From positions 22,301 to 86,300 of the forward strand of contig CAWBIS010000206.1 in NCBI GenBank assembly GCA_963788485.1: 64,000 nucleotides of DNA. The letters run 5' to 3'. The stretch is from Terriglobia bacterium. Its GTDB lineage: Bacteria > Acidobacteriota > Terriglobia > Bryobacterales > Bryobacteraceae. A model generated the notes under the pieces. It did no database searches. It saw only the letters and a list, made by a program, of their open reading frames with translations, and was not told where the DNA came from. Position numbers and translations under genes: made by a program. Positions 11,177 through 20,068 of the stretch are shown piece after piece (position 1 is the stretch's first letter; every line of letters begins with the position of its first letter).

Positions 11177-14005
11177 GTGCTTCTATCCATTGTCAGGGCG
11201 GCAATCGTTCCGATCAAGCTCCTGTTTGGGTTTGACGCCTTCGTTTCCTACTCGCGCCGGGACGGAGCCAATTACTCTGAAGCCTTGGAACGGGAACTCG
11301 CCCGCCATATCTCTCCCCGCATGGACATCCAAGAGAGCAGGGCGGGCGAGACTATTCCACTGGGGCTAAAAATCAGCATAGCGTTCAGCAAAGTTTTTAT
11401 CCTAGTCGCTACCAGCGGCGCGTCGGACTCCAGGCATATCGAAGCCGAAGTCCTAACGTTTAAGAAATGGAGCAACGGCCCCATCATTCTCATCCAGCTT
11501 CCTGCCCCCGACGGGGAGGCCGTCTGGCGGACATATTTTAAAGGCCTCCCCGTCCTCGCGGAGACTGATCACAATCGAAGTTCCGGCCACCCTTCGGACT
11601 GCGTAATTCAGCGCATCCTAAATAATGTCGGCTATTGGCGCCGCAGCCGCCGGCAACGCCTCGCGACCACAGTTTTAACAATTGTGCTCGCCACTTTGGG
11701 AATTCTAGTAAGAAGTGCCTACGTTTCGCTGGGCCGAGCCACGACCGAAGCCAGAGCCCAACAAAGGGCTGCGCGAACCGCCAAAAGCGAAGCCGAGGCA
11801 GCCACCCAAGAGACCGCTCGCCAAGTCACAAATCTACGCGCAGCGGAGCGCGCTCGCGACAAGGCGAACGAAGCGCAGAGCAAAGCTGAAAGATTGACCG
11901 CCCAGAGTTCCGCCCGATACACGGAGGCCCTGTCGAAGTATCTTGCGATCAAGGCAGCTGACCCGGACGCGCCCCAGTTGCCGCTTTTTATCGAGTCCGT
12001 GCTTCGGAAGCCGGTCGATACGGGAGTAAGCGGGCTCATGACGCGCATCCCGCTTCAGCGGCGCATCATTGCGACGCTCCCGCACGCGGAGTCTTTGAAC
12101 GCCGTCGCGTTCAGCCCGGACGGCAAGACCCTCGCTACCGCCAGCAATGTGACCACGTGGCTGTGGGATGCTGTTTCCGGCCAGCTTCGCGCCACCCTTC
12201 AGGACGGTGGCGCCCGTGGCGCCGTCTCCGCCGTCGCTTTCAGCCCAGACGGCAGGACCGTTGCCACAGTTGACGGCTGGTCAACGCGACTGTGGGATAC
12301 CTCGACCGGTCGGCTCCGCGCGACCTTTGAGAGCGTACTGGCAGGCGCTGTTGCCTTCAGCCCTGACGGCAAAACCCTCGCTACGGTTTGGGCGGCATCC
12401 GACGTGCGTCTGTTGGATTTAGCCTCGAGACAGCCCGACGTCGCCCTCGGACACCACCAATCAAACGTAACTGCGATCGCATTTAGTCCGGACGGCAAGA
12501 CCGTCGGCACATCGAGTCTCGATCGGACCGCGCGGCTGTGGGATGCCTCCTCTGGACAGCTTCGGGTAACCCTTCAGCACCAAGGTGCTGTTTACGCCCT
12601 CGCTTTCAGCCCCGATGGCAGGGAGGTCGCCACGGGCGACGACAGCGCCGCACGGCTGTGGGATGCCGTTTCCGGCCAGCTTCGCGCCACCCTTCAACAA
12701 AAAGGGATTGTCCACGCTGTTGCCTTCAGCCCTGACGGCAGAATCGTCGCCGCGGGCGTCGACAACACCGCACGGCTATGGGATGTCGCCTCCGGCGAAC
12801 CGCGCGCCGCCCTTGAGCACCGAAACATCGTTCGCGCCATTGCCTTTAGCCCGAATGGAAAGATCATCGCGACGGCCGACGACAGGACAGCCACGCTGTG
12901 GGACGCCTCGTCTCGTGATCGCAGTGCGATCCTCCCGCAAAGCCTTAGCGCCGTAGCATTCAGCCCTGATGGTAAAACAGTCGCTACAGGCAATAGCGAC
13001 AATGCCGTGCGACTTTGGGATGCCGTCTCCGGCCAAATAGGAGTTACCCTTCAGCAGCGGTCGATCGTCTTAGCAGTCGCCTTTAGCCCGGACGGTAAGA
13101 CCGTCGGGACTCCGGACGGTCCCGTCTCGAGGCTGTGGGATGCCGTCTCAGGCAAGCCCCGCGTCACGCTCCCGCACGCCCCGTGGCCCCTCTGCGCCCC
13201 CGCCTTTAGCCCTGATAGCAGGATCGTCGCTACCGCCGATCTGGATAACGCTGCGCGGCTTTGGGATGCCTCTTCCGGCCAACTACGCGCTACCCTCCCG
13301 CACAAAGGCAACGTGGTCGCTGTCACCTTCGGCCCGGAAGGCAAAACCGTCGCCACCGCCAGTCTTGACAAGACCGCGCGGTTGTGGGATGCGTCTTCCG
13401 GCCAACTGCGCGCAACCCTCCAACACCAAGATTCCGTGCGCGCGGTGGCCTTCAGCCCGGACGGCAAGACTGTCGTAACCGCCAGTGACGACAAGACCGC
13501 GCGGCTTTGGGATGCGTTTTCCGGCGAACTGCGCGCAACCCTCCAACACCAAGATCGCGTGCGTGCGGTGGCCTTCAGCCCGGACGGTAAGACTGTCGCA
13601 ACCGCCGGTGACGACAAGACCGCGCGGCTTTGGGATGCGTTTTCCGGCCGGCTCCGCGCCGCCCTCCAGCACCAAGCCGGCGTGACAGCCGTTGCCTTCA
13701 GCCCGGACGGTAACACTGTCGCCACCGGGAGCTATGACAAGACTGCGTGGCTGTGGGATGTCGAGACCGGTCAGCCCCGTGCCGATCTTCAGTACCACGG
13801 CGCCGTCTACGCCGTCGCCTTTAGCCCGGATGGCAAGACTTTACTCGTGTCGTCCGACCGTGAGGCGCAGCTCTATCTTTACCATCCTGCAGACCTTATC
13901 GAGGCCGCTTGCGACTTCCTGCCATTCAATCTCACGCCGGCGCAATGGAAGATTTATTTGCCGGACGAGCCCTACAGAAAGACCTGCCCGAGAATTCGTA
14001 ACTGA
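11177..14005 (+). CDS. TIR - single TM - coiled coil - 15x WD40 repeat protein
   Basis: TIR domain: FDAFVSYSRRDGANYSEALERELAR ... SRHIEAEVLTF. The basic stretch WRRSRRQR is followed by TM helix LATTVLTIVLATLGILV (about 11660-11725) and an Ala/Glu/Arg-rich coiled coil (about 11732-11926). Fifteen units of AVAFSPDGKTVATAS.DKTARLWDA.SGQLRATLQH follow. GTG start. Confidence 0.85.
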   Translation: MLLSIVRAAIVPIKLLFGFDAFVSYSRRDGANYSEALERELARHISPRMDIQESRAGETIPLGLKISIAFSKVFILVATSGASDSRHIEAEVLTFKKWSNGPIILIQLPAPDGEAVWRTYFKGLPVLAETDHNRSSGHPSDCVIQRILNNVGYWRRSRRQRLATTVLTIVLATLGILVRSAYVSLGRATTEARAQQRAARTAKSEAEAATQETARQVTNLRAAERARDKANEAQSKAERLTAQSSARYTEALSKYLAIKAADPDAPQLPLFIESVLRKPVDTGVSGLMTRIPLQRRIIATLPHAESLNAVAFSPDGKTLATASNVTTWLWDAVSGQLRATLQDGGARGAVSAVAFSPDGRTVATVDGWSTRLWDTSTGRLRATFESVLAGAVAFSPDGKTLATVWAASDVRLLDLASRQPDVALGHHQSNVTAIAFSPDGKTVGTSSLDRTARLWDASSGQLRVTLQHQGAVYALAFSPDGREVATGDDSAARLWDAVSGQLRATLQQKGIVHAVAFSPDGRIVAAGVDNTARLWDVASGEPRAALEHRNIVRAIAFSPNGKIIATADDRTATLWDASSRDRSAILPQSLSAVAFSPDGKTVATGNSDNAVRLWDAVSGQIGVTLQQRSIVLAVAFSPDGKTVGTPDGPVSRLWDAVSGKPRVTLPHAPWPLCAPAFSPDSRIVATADLDNAARLWDASSGQLRATLPHKGNVVAVTFGPEGKTVATASLDKTARLWDASSGQLRATLQHQDSVRAVAFSPDGKTVVTASDDKTARLWDAFSGELRATLQHQDRVRAVAFSPDGKTVATAGDDKTARLWDAFSGRLRAALQHQAGVTAVAFSPDGNTVATGSYDKTAWLWDVETGQPRADLQYHGAVYAVAFSPDGKTLLVSSDREAQLYLYHPADLIEAACDFLPFNLTPAQWKIYLPDEPYRKTCPRIRN
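12070..13880. repeat. Tandem ~123-bp DNA repeats encoding the WD40 blades
   Basis: The 41-aa blade period is visible at DNA level. Units between about 13330 and 13740 are near-identical (gacaagaccgcgcggctttgggatgcgttttccggc...gccttcagcccggacggtaagactgtcg). Confidence 0.85.
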
Positions 14006-14445
14006 TTCAAATACAGAAGACTTCCAAACACGTGAGCGCTGCCTTTTCCGCAGGGACGTGTTTAGGGCGACCGAAGCGCCTGCGCGCTCGAGCCCTCGAC
14101 GAGCCCGCATACTCCGGTTGATTTGCGGCGCCAACACTCATTGAAACAAAAAGACCTTCTAGCTAGGTAAGAAGTGTCCGATAACTGTCGATAAATCCCC
14201 TTCCCACCAGAGCCCCAGTTCGGTATCAGACATGGTGTCAGGACCGTCGTCTGGGCGGTGTCCGTCAAACACTCCCGCGAGCTAGCCCAAAAACAGGGCC
14301 TTTTTGTGCCTCCAGAGCCGGCCATCGACAAAAATGCGATGCGCCAATCCACGTACTATCAATAATTTGGCAACATGATGGGATTCGAAATGCGATGCTC
14401 GTTCAGATCTGCAAACGATGTTAATCGGTTTATTTTCAATTATTT

Positions 14446-14521
14446 TGGTGAGCCGGGCGGGGCTCGAACCCGCGACCACCGCATTAAAAGTGCGATGCTC
14501 TACCAACTGAGCTACCGGCTC
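14446..14521 (-). tRNA. tRNA-Lys (anticodon TTT)
   Basis: The reverse complement GAGCCGGTAGCTCAGTTGGTAGAGCATCGCACTTTTAATGCGGTGGTCGCGGGTTCGAGCCCCGCCCGGCTCACCA folds as a cloverleaf with anticodon loop CTTTTAA and an encoded CCA. Confidence 0.95.
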
Positions 14522-14649
14522 CTGGGGAATGTAAGACTGGGCAGCGCCGCGACGTCCGTACCCGTCAGGTTAGCATAGGGGAGTCTGGCCGATCCCCTTT
14601 GCCAACCCGCTCGGCGGGCCCTGTTGCGAACAGAACCGCGGCGCACCGC

Positions 14650-14658
14650 TGTTATAAT
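14650..14658 (+). promoter_or_regulatory. Extended -10 element (TGTTATAAT) upstream of tRNA-Leu
   Basis: tgttataat ends 20 nt before the tRNA 5' end. No good -35 lies at 17-bp spacing. Confidence 0.35.
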
Positions 14659-14677
14659 CCAACCAGATCTTCCCAGT

Positions 14678-14764
14678 GCGGATGTGGCGAAACTGGCAGA
14701 CGCGCCAGATTTAGGTTCTGGTTTCCGAAAGGAAGTGAAGGTTCAAGTCCTTTCATCCGCACCA
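14678..14764 (+). tRNA. tRNA-Leu (anticodon TAG), class II with a long variable arm
   Basis: GCGGATGTGGCGAAACTGGCAGACGCGCCAGATTTAGGTTCTGGTTTCCGAAAGGAAGTGAAGGTTCAAGTCCTTTCATCCGCACCA has an anticodon arm CCAGA-TTTAGGT-TCTGG, a variable stem TTCC/GGAA and an encoded CCA. Confidence 0.95.
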
Positions 14765-14784
14765 GCAAAATCGCTGTTTGATTC

Positions 14785-16476
14785 TCACCGGCCGGGCGCA
14801 ATCTCTTCCGCTGTCGTGAAAATCGGCCGGATATCCACGGGCACTTTCCCCGCCGGGTGATCGATCGCGGCCAGCGTCGATTTCATCTCCGGCCGCAGGA
14901 CGCCGAATGTGTCCAGCATCCGTTTCGCACCGGCATAGTCTCCCCTCGCTTCGATCGTCAACAGGTCGTGCGCCAGATCGCGGACGGCGCCCCGCACCCT
15001 GGACTCATCCACCTCCCAGCCGTTTCCCCGGTGCACGAATGCCCCCTTGTCCACGAGATAGTTGAACTGCAGCGCCATCCCCTTCCCATGGGCTTCGTTG
15101 AGCCCGAAACGCAGCGTGCGGAAGGAGGACGCGAGAAACGTCGTGTAGAGCCTGTTCTCGTCGTGCTTCAGATAGCCGCGATCGGAAAACAGCTGCAGCA
15201 TAAAGAGCCCGAGCACATCGGCTTTGGCTTCTTCAACGGCGCTGTAGAGCTCCTTCAGTTCCTGCCGCGGCGTCGAGGCGCGGCCATTCACCGTGATTTG
15301 ATGCGGCCCGATGCCGTGACTCATCTCATGCGCCACAATATGGGTGAAGAACGAATCGAAACTCAGGGAACCGCGCGCCTGCGGCGTTAGTACGATCCTC
15401 GCGATCGGCTCCAGAGTGCTCTTGAACTTCGCGTCCTGCACGTTCTTCAGCATTACCCGCTTGCTGCCTTTTTCATGCACGACGCGCTCGTCATTGGGCA
15501 GATTGTAGGCCGCCGTCTGCACGCCGTGATCGCCATCGCCGGCGGCAAAAACCTCGTTCACTACGCGAATCGGCGAGAGGGCTCCGATTTTCGGGTTCCG
15601 GTATTCAGGCTCGATCGGGAGATTGTTCTCCACTTCCTGCATGTGATCGCCGAAAAACGTCAGCTTCGCGGTTTCGGCGTCGTCGCGCACGTTGATATAC
15701 GCCTCGAATGCGGCCTTGTAGCCGAACAACTCGTCGTTGTACGTCTCGTATGGCCCGATCGTGATGTCGAGCGGCGCATCCAGATCCATCCAGGCCACGT
15801 CGCTCGCGTAGTAATCGTTCGAAAGGAAGGCCGCAGCCCGCGTTTCGAGGAAACGCTTCAGTGTGGCATTGCCGGTGAGCTTCGCCGCGTCCCGCAGATC
15901 CTGGGCGCAGGCCGCAAGGTCCGTCTTATAGGCTTCCGAATACGGCACGGCGTGGAACTTGCCGTCCGGGCCGCTTCGAATCACCGTGAAAAAACTTTCA
16001 GCCTGCGCGCGCGCTTCGGGAGACAGTGTCTTTGCCCAGGCCTCGAAGCTTTCCCGAGTCGTATTTTCCGGATAGAAATTCGCGCCCAGCGGCTTCCGCT
16101 CCGGGACGCCCGGCAGGAACGCTTTGTGATCGTCCAGATCCGACCATGGCCCTTTGTTGAGTCGGAAGTATTCAAGCCTGGCTCTGCCGAGCGGTGAAGC
16201 ATCCTGCTTCAGCCTGTCGTAAAGAGCGAGATTTCCGCTCCAGACCTGCTGCAGAAAAATATGGTTGATGACGCGCCCGGCTTCGATCAGCTTTGCCAGC
16301 GCGGCCCGATCGCCGGGGGAAAGCCTGGACGTATCGACGGGCAGAGGCGCCGGGGCGAAGCGAGCGGCCATCTGCTGGAGCTCGGCCAGCGATGGAGTTT
16401 CGGCGGCCGAAGCGGAAGATGTCATGGAAAGTGTCATGAAAGTGGTCACAAGCGCGGCGTGGATTTGTTTTCTCAT
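14785..16476 (-). CDS. Secreted dipeptidyl-peptidase III (M49)-like zinc hydrolase
   Basis: Signal peptide is MRKQIHAALVTTFMTLSMTSSASA. Metal motifs are HEMSHGIGPH and EEAKADVLG, which resemble DPP3-family motifs. Confidence 0.6.
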   Translation of the reverse strand: MRKQIHAALVTTFMTLSMTSSASAAETPSLAELQQMAARFAPAPLPVDTSRLSPGDRAALAKLIEAGRVINHIFLQQVWSGNLALYDRLKQDASPLGRARLEYFRLNKGPWSDLDDHKAFLPGVPERKPLGANFYPENTTRESFEAWAKTLSPEARAQAESFFTVIRSGPDGKFHAVPYSEAYKTDLAACAQDLRDAAKLTGNATLKRFLETRAAAFLSNDYYASDVAWMDLDAPLDITIGPYETYNDELFGYKAAFEAYINVRDDAETAKLTFFGDHMQEVENNLPIEPEYRNPKIGALSPIRVVNEVFAAGDGDHGVQTAAYNLPNDERVVHEKGSKRVMLKNVQDAKFKSTLEPIARIVLTPQARGSLSFDSFFTHIVAHEMSHGIGPHQITVNGRASTPRQELKELYSAVEEAKADVLGLFMLQLFSDRGYLKHDENRLYTTFLASSFRTLRFGLNEAHGKGMALQFNYLVDKGAFVHRGNGWEVDESRVRGAVRDLAHDLLTIEARGDYAGAKRMLDTFGVLRPEMKSTLAAIDHPAGKVPVDIRPIFTTAEEIAPGR

Positions 16477-16537
16477 GAATCAGTTACTTACGGAGCAATC
16501 CGGCCCGATCCCGCATCTGCGAATCTAACATGGAGCC

Positions 16538-17167
16538 GTGAAGACATTGAGGCTTGAGATCATCGGATCGGCCGCGGCTGGAATCGCGCACGATATCAAT
16601 AACCAACTTACTATCATTGTGAATCATCTTTCGTCGGAGGATGTGGAAAGCGCAAGAGCCGCGGTTGAGCGCTGCTCGGCTCTGACTTCGAGCCTGCTCT
16701 CTTACTGCCGGGGCGAACCGCTGACGCTCAGCGCGGTCGACCCGGCTCCATTCCTCAGGCGCTTTACGGCCCAGCTTCGCCTGCCCGCGGGCGTCGATCT
16801 GGCGCTGAACATTCCCGCCGGGCTGCCCGCGATTGAAGCCAATACGCTGGCGGTGAAGCGCGCCTTGACGAACCTGATTTCGAACGCCTGCAGCGCCATG
16901 GAAGAAAGAGGAACGCTTCGCATCGTGGCGATGCCGGGAGCCATTGAAGTTGCCGATACCGGTCCCGGCATACCGTCCGAACAGAGGAAGGAAATCTTCA
17001 CGCCATTTTTCACCACGAAAGGCGCACGGGGCACCGGCCTCGGATTATCGATCGTGCGCGAACTCATGCGCCAGCAGGGCGGTTCCGTAAGCGTGCACGC
17101 CGAATCGGATCGCGGGGCGCGATTCACCCTGCACTTCCGGACGCACGCGCGCCAAATCACGGCGTAA
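16538..17167 (+). CDS. Small soluble histidine kinase (HisKA + HATPase_c only)
   Basis: H-box is AGIAHDINNQL, N-box LISNACSAM, G1 DTGPGIP and G2 GTGLGLSIV. There is no sensor domain and no adjacent response regulator. Confidence 0.75.
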   Translation: MKTLRLEIIGSAAAGIAHDINNQLTIIVNHLSSEDVESARAAVERCSALTSSLLSYCRGEPLTLSAVDPAPFLRRFTAQLRLPAGVDLALNIPAGLPAIEANTLAVKRALTNLISNACSAMEERGTLRIVAMPGAIEVADTGPGIPSEQRKEIFTPFFTTKGARGTGLGLSIVRELMRQQGGSVSVHAESDRGARFTLHFRTHARQITA

Positions 17168-19490
17168 CCGGCTTGAACACATCCCCGCGCATGATCCCGC
17201 CCGAAGCCTGAATGTGCCGCGTGCCGTCGCTGACCTTGATCACCAGCTGTCCGTTATCCTGCATCTCGGCGCTTCCCGAATACGTTTCCGCACCGGTTTT
17301 CATCACCAGTTGCGTCAACTTCAGCTTCGGATTTCGCGCATCCCATGCCCACTCGAACGAACCGGCCACCGAGTCATAAGAATCCAGCGCCGCCAGGTCG
17401 ATCTCTTTTCCCTCAAAGGACCCCTGCGCCCGCAGGTTCGCAAACAGGTCCTGCCCCATGCCCGAGGTCGCCAGCGTTCCGTCCGCGTCGATTGTCCCGT
17501 TGCGCCAGGGCAATCCGGTCAGCTTGCCTTCGACGCGGTAGGCCGGTTGCCGGCCGGCCAGCCGTATAGTCGCGCCTCCGGCGAATGCGGCATCGTCGAA
17601 CAGCGCCTGCAGTCCCGTGAATTCGATCCTGGTGCCTTCCCAGATCATGCGCGCGCGCACCTTTGTGAACTGGCTGCCGCCCAGATCGAGGGCGCTCGTT
17701 TGAATGATTCCGTCGGCCCGCATGTTGCGCAGCCAGTCGGGCTCCGGAACGCGCCCGAAATTGAAGGCATATGTAAGAAAATTACCGCGGCGCAGCGCCG
17801 GCAGCAGCAGCTTCTCGATGGCGGCGCCGCTCGCCGGCGCCACAGTGATGCGGAACCTGTGCGGACGCGCCGCTGTGGCATCGTAACGATACTCGCCCTG
17901 CGCGCCAATGCCGCCGACCACCAGATCGATGTGCTTCATTGCCAGCTCCGGCCCATCGATGGTGGCGTCCGCCGAAACCACGTGCACGGGCGCGGCGAAA
18001 GCTTCGAATGGAATATCGGCGTCGCCGAGGTTGATGGTCCCCGCCCATCCTCCGGTTTTGCCTGCAGCGCGGCTGTAGCGCAGATCGCCGCTCCACGTGC
18101 CCGAGGTCGCGTGGCTCAACAGCGGTATTCCGGCGAGCGAAACCTGGCGCCGCAGCGACCCGATGGCCATTCCATCGCTCGAAAGCTCGGCCTCGAATTT
18201 CTGCGTCGTGATATCCCAATCGCCCTGAATGGCCGCTGTTTCGTTGCTGTCGTTACGTATCTCGGTGGCTTCAAGTTTGATGGCGCTTCCGGCGAACCTC
18301 AGTTCAGCATTGGGCAGATGCAGCGGCGGCGAACCCGCCACGATCAGCGTGGAATTCGAAACATTCAGCGCTCCGTCCATGCGCGGCAAGCCTTCGGGAA
18401 CCGAATATCCCACCGCGCCATCCGCCGTGCCATCGAACTTGAAGTCGGCGGGTATGACAAATCCGAGATTGCGCGCAATCTCGGGAATTGGCGCCAGGGG
18501 AAAATGGTTCAGATTGACGGTGATCCCCCAGCGTGGACGCCGCAGATAGTCCGCCACGCGATAGCGAAGCTGCAGCGGCGACTGAGTTCGGGATATCTTC
18601 GTATTCGCGTTGAGATCGATCACCTGTCCCGGCGCGTTGATCGTGCCGCCGATCGAAAACCGCCATTCCTCACCCTCCGGCGGCGACTGGCTCCAGCCAT
18701 GGAGATTCGATACCGTCATACGCCCGGCCAGACCGATACGGTCGAGCGGGCCGGCGAGATGAGCCTCACCGGAAATATGCCCGTTAATGCCCGATCCGTA
18801 ACCGTTGAAAAGCGTCAGCATGTCGCCGAGTTCGCTCTGCTCCAGGCGCACGTCGAGCGTGGTCGAGCCGTTCGCCGGCAGCCACTGGCCGCGTGCGGTG
18901 AAGTTGCCAAAACCTCGTGCCGGACGGTCGGTGCGGGCAGGTTCAGCGTGCAACCGCAGCGTCCACGGTTCCTTCGCGGAACCCGGCGGCCATAAATCGA
19001 TGTCGGTGTTCACCAGGTAGAACAGGGATTTCGTATCGCCGAACTTGAAATTGATGCGCCCCCCGCGCATGTGGATGCTCGGAAAAGCCGTCAGCAGCTT
19101 CGGCTCCAGCAGAGAAGCGAAGTTCCAGCGCACGCCGCTCGAGGCGGAATCGACCCGCGTCAAATTGAGGTGAGCCTCGTCCAGATCGACCGACGCGAAT
19201 TCGAGCGGTCCTCCAAATAGCGCGGAAAAACGAGGCACGGCCTCGAGAGTCGTCACGTATGCCAGAGGCTCAATTCCGATAGCCGGGTCTTCTCCGATCT
19301 CTACGTCGTTGATAGTGATCGCGGGTTTCGGTAACAACTGGAATCGGACCTTGCCGATCTTGACCTTGCGGTGGAGAGCCCTTTCGAGCGCCACATGGGC
19401 CCGTTCCCGATAAGAGTCGGCGCTGATTCTGGGTACATACAGCGCGGCCGCAAGCAGCAGCACGACTGCCAGAAGCACCCAGCGCTTCAT
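17157..19490 (-). CDS. AsmA-family outer-membrane biogenesis protein
   Basis: An N-terminal anchor MKRWVLLAVVLLLAAALY is followed by the typical AsmA N-terminal region (VKIGKVRFQLLPKPAITINDVEIGED) and a long beta-rich body. Confidence 0.55.
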   Translation of the reverse strand: MKRWVLLAVVLLLAAALYVPRISADSYRERAHVALERALHRKVKIGKVRFQLLPKPAITINDVEIGEDPAIGIEPLAYVTTLEAVPRFSALFGGPLEFASVDLDEAHLNLTRVDSASSGVRWNFASLLEPKLLTAFPSIHMRGGRINFKFGDTKSLFYLVNTDIDLWPPGSAKEPWTLRLHAEPARTDRPARGFGNFTARGQWLPANGSTTLDVRLEQSELGDMLTLFNGYGSGINGHISGEAHLAGPLDRIGLAGRMTVSNLHGWSQSPPEGEEWRFSIGGTINAPGQVIDLNANTKISRTQSPLQLRYRVADYLRRPRWGITVNLNHFPLAPIPEIARNLGFVIPADFKFDGTADGAVGYSVPEGLPRMDGALNVSNSTLIVAGSPPLHLPNAELRFAGSAIKLEATEIRNDSNETAAIQGDWDITTQKFEAELSSDGMAIGSLRRQVSLAGIPLLSHATSGTWSGDLRYSRAAGKTGGWAGTINLGDADIPFEAFAAPVHVVSADATIDGPELAMKHIDLVVGGIGAQGEYRYDATAARPHRFRITVAPASGAAIEKLLLPALRRGNFLTYAFNFGRVPEPDWLRNMRADGIIQTSALDLGGSQFTKVRARMIWEGTRIEFTGLQALFDDAAFAGGATIRLAGRQPAYRVEGKLTGLPWRNGTIDADGTLATSGMGQDLFANLRAQGSFEGKEIDLAALDSYDSVAGSFEWAWDARNPKLKLTQLVMKTGAETYSGSAEMQDNGQLVIKVSDGTRHIQASGGIMRGDVFKPVTP

Positions 19491-20068
19491 AGCCGCGCCG
19501 CCTCCCGCGCCAGCAGTTTCTCATAGAGGACAGGGTCGTCGACGTCGTCCCAAATCCCCGGATCATGCACTTCGACGTAATCGATCTCGGCGGAATGCCG
19601 GTCGATCACATCGCGCACTTTCGACGTGACAGGCTCCCGCAGAAACTCCCCGGCGATCTCCCTGCGGATCAGCACCGGATGTCCCCGGCGATTCTCGCAG
19701 CGCGGGATCGCAATCATCGCGCTCGACTGCATGACGGCGTCAACAGTCTCAGGCATGACGGCGGGATGGTCGACCAAAGTGAACAAAATCGCGTCGCAGG
19801 CATCGGGAACGGCGCGCAAGCCCGCCTGCAACGACGTCAGCATTCCGTGTCTGTAGTCGGGGTTCTCGATCGGCATCACCCCCACCGGCGCGGACTGGCT
19901 GACTCGCGCCGCATCGAATCCGAACACGGCGATTACGGGCGAACAGCGGCGTCCCAGATTTTCGGCGATGGCGCTGACGAAGGTGCCTCCACGGAACGGA
20001 AGCGATGCTTTGGGCCGCCCCATGCGGCGCGACTCGCCGGCTGCGAGGATGATCGCGGCCGCGTTCAC
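19487..20068 (-). CDS. MobA/MocA-like nucleotidyltransferase (molybdenum cofactor cytidylyl/guanylyl-transferase family)
   Basis: AAIILAAGESRRMGRPKASLPF signature. It has a 4-nt overlap with the upstream XdhC gene. Confidence 0.75.
   Translation of the reverse strand: MNAAAIILAAGESRRMGRPKASLPFRGGTFVSAIAENLGRRCSPVIAVFGFDAARVSQSAPVGVMPIENPDYRHGMLTSLQAGLRAVPDACDAILFTLVDHPAVMPETVDAVMQSSAMIAIPRCENRRGHPVLIRREIAGEFLREPVTSKVRDVIDRHSAEIDYVEVHDPGIWDDVDDPVLYEKLLAREAARL

Noticed and set aside
5930-13880. Possibility that the two tandem-repeat regions are CRISPR arrays or non-coding satellites
   Set aside because: The periods (126 and 123 bp) are multiples of three. The repeats lie inside long ORFs and translate to TPR and WD40 units. 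There is no repeat-spacer organisation and no cas genes.
14380-14412. tRNA-like fragment gggattcgaaatgcgatgctc as an att-site duplicate of tRNA-Lys
   Set aside because: It shares only about 10 identical contiguous bases (tgcgatgctc) plus a generic TTCGAA T-loop-like palindrome with the tRNA. That is too short to call without a statistical or comparative check.
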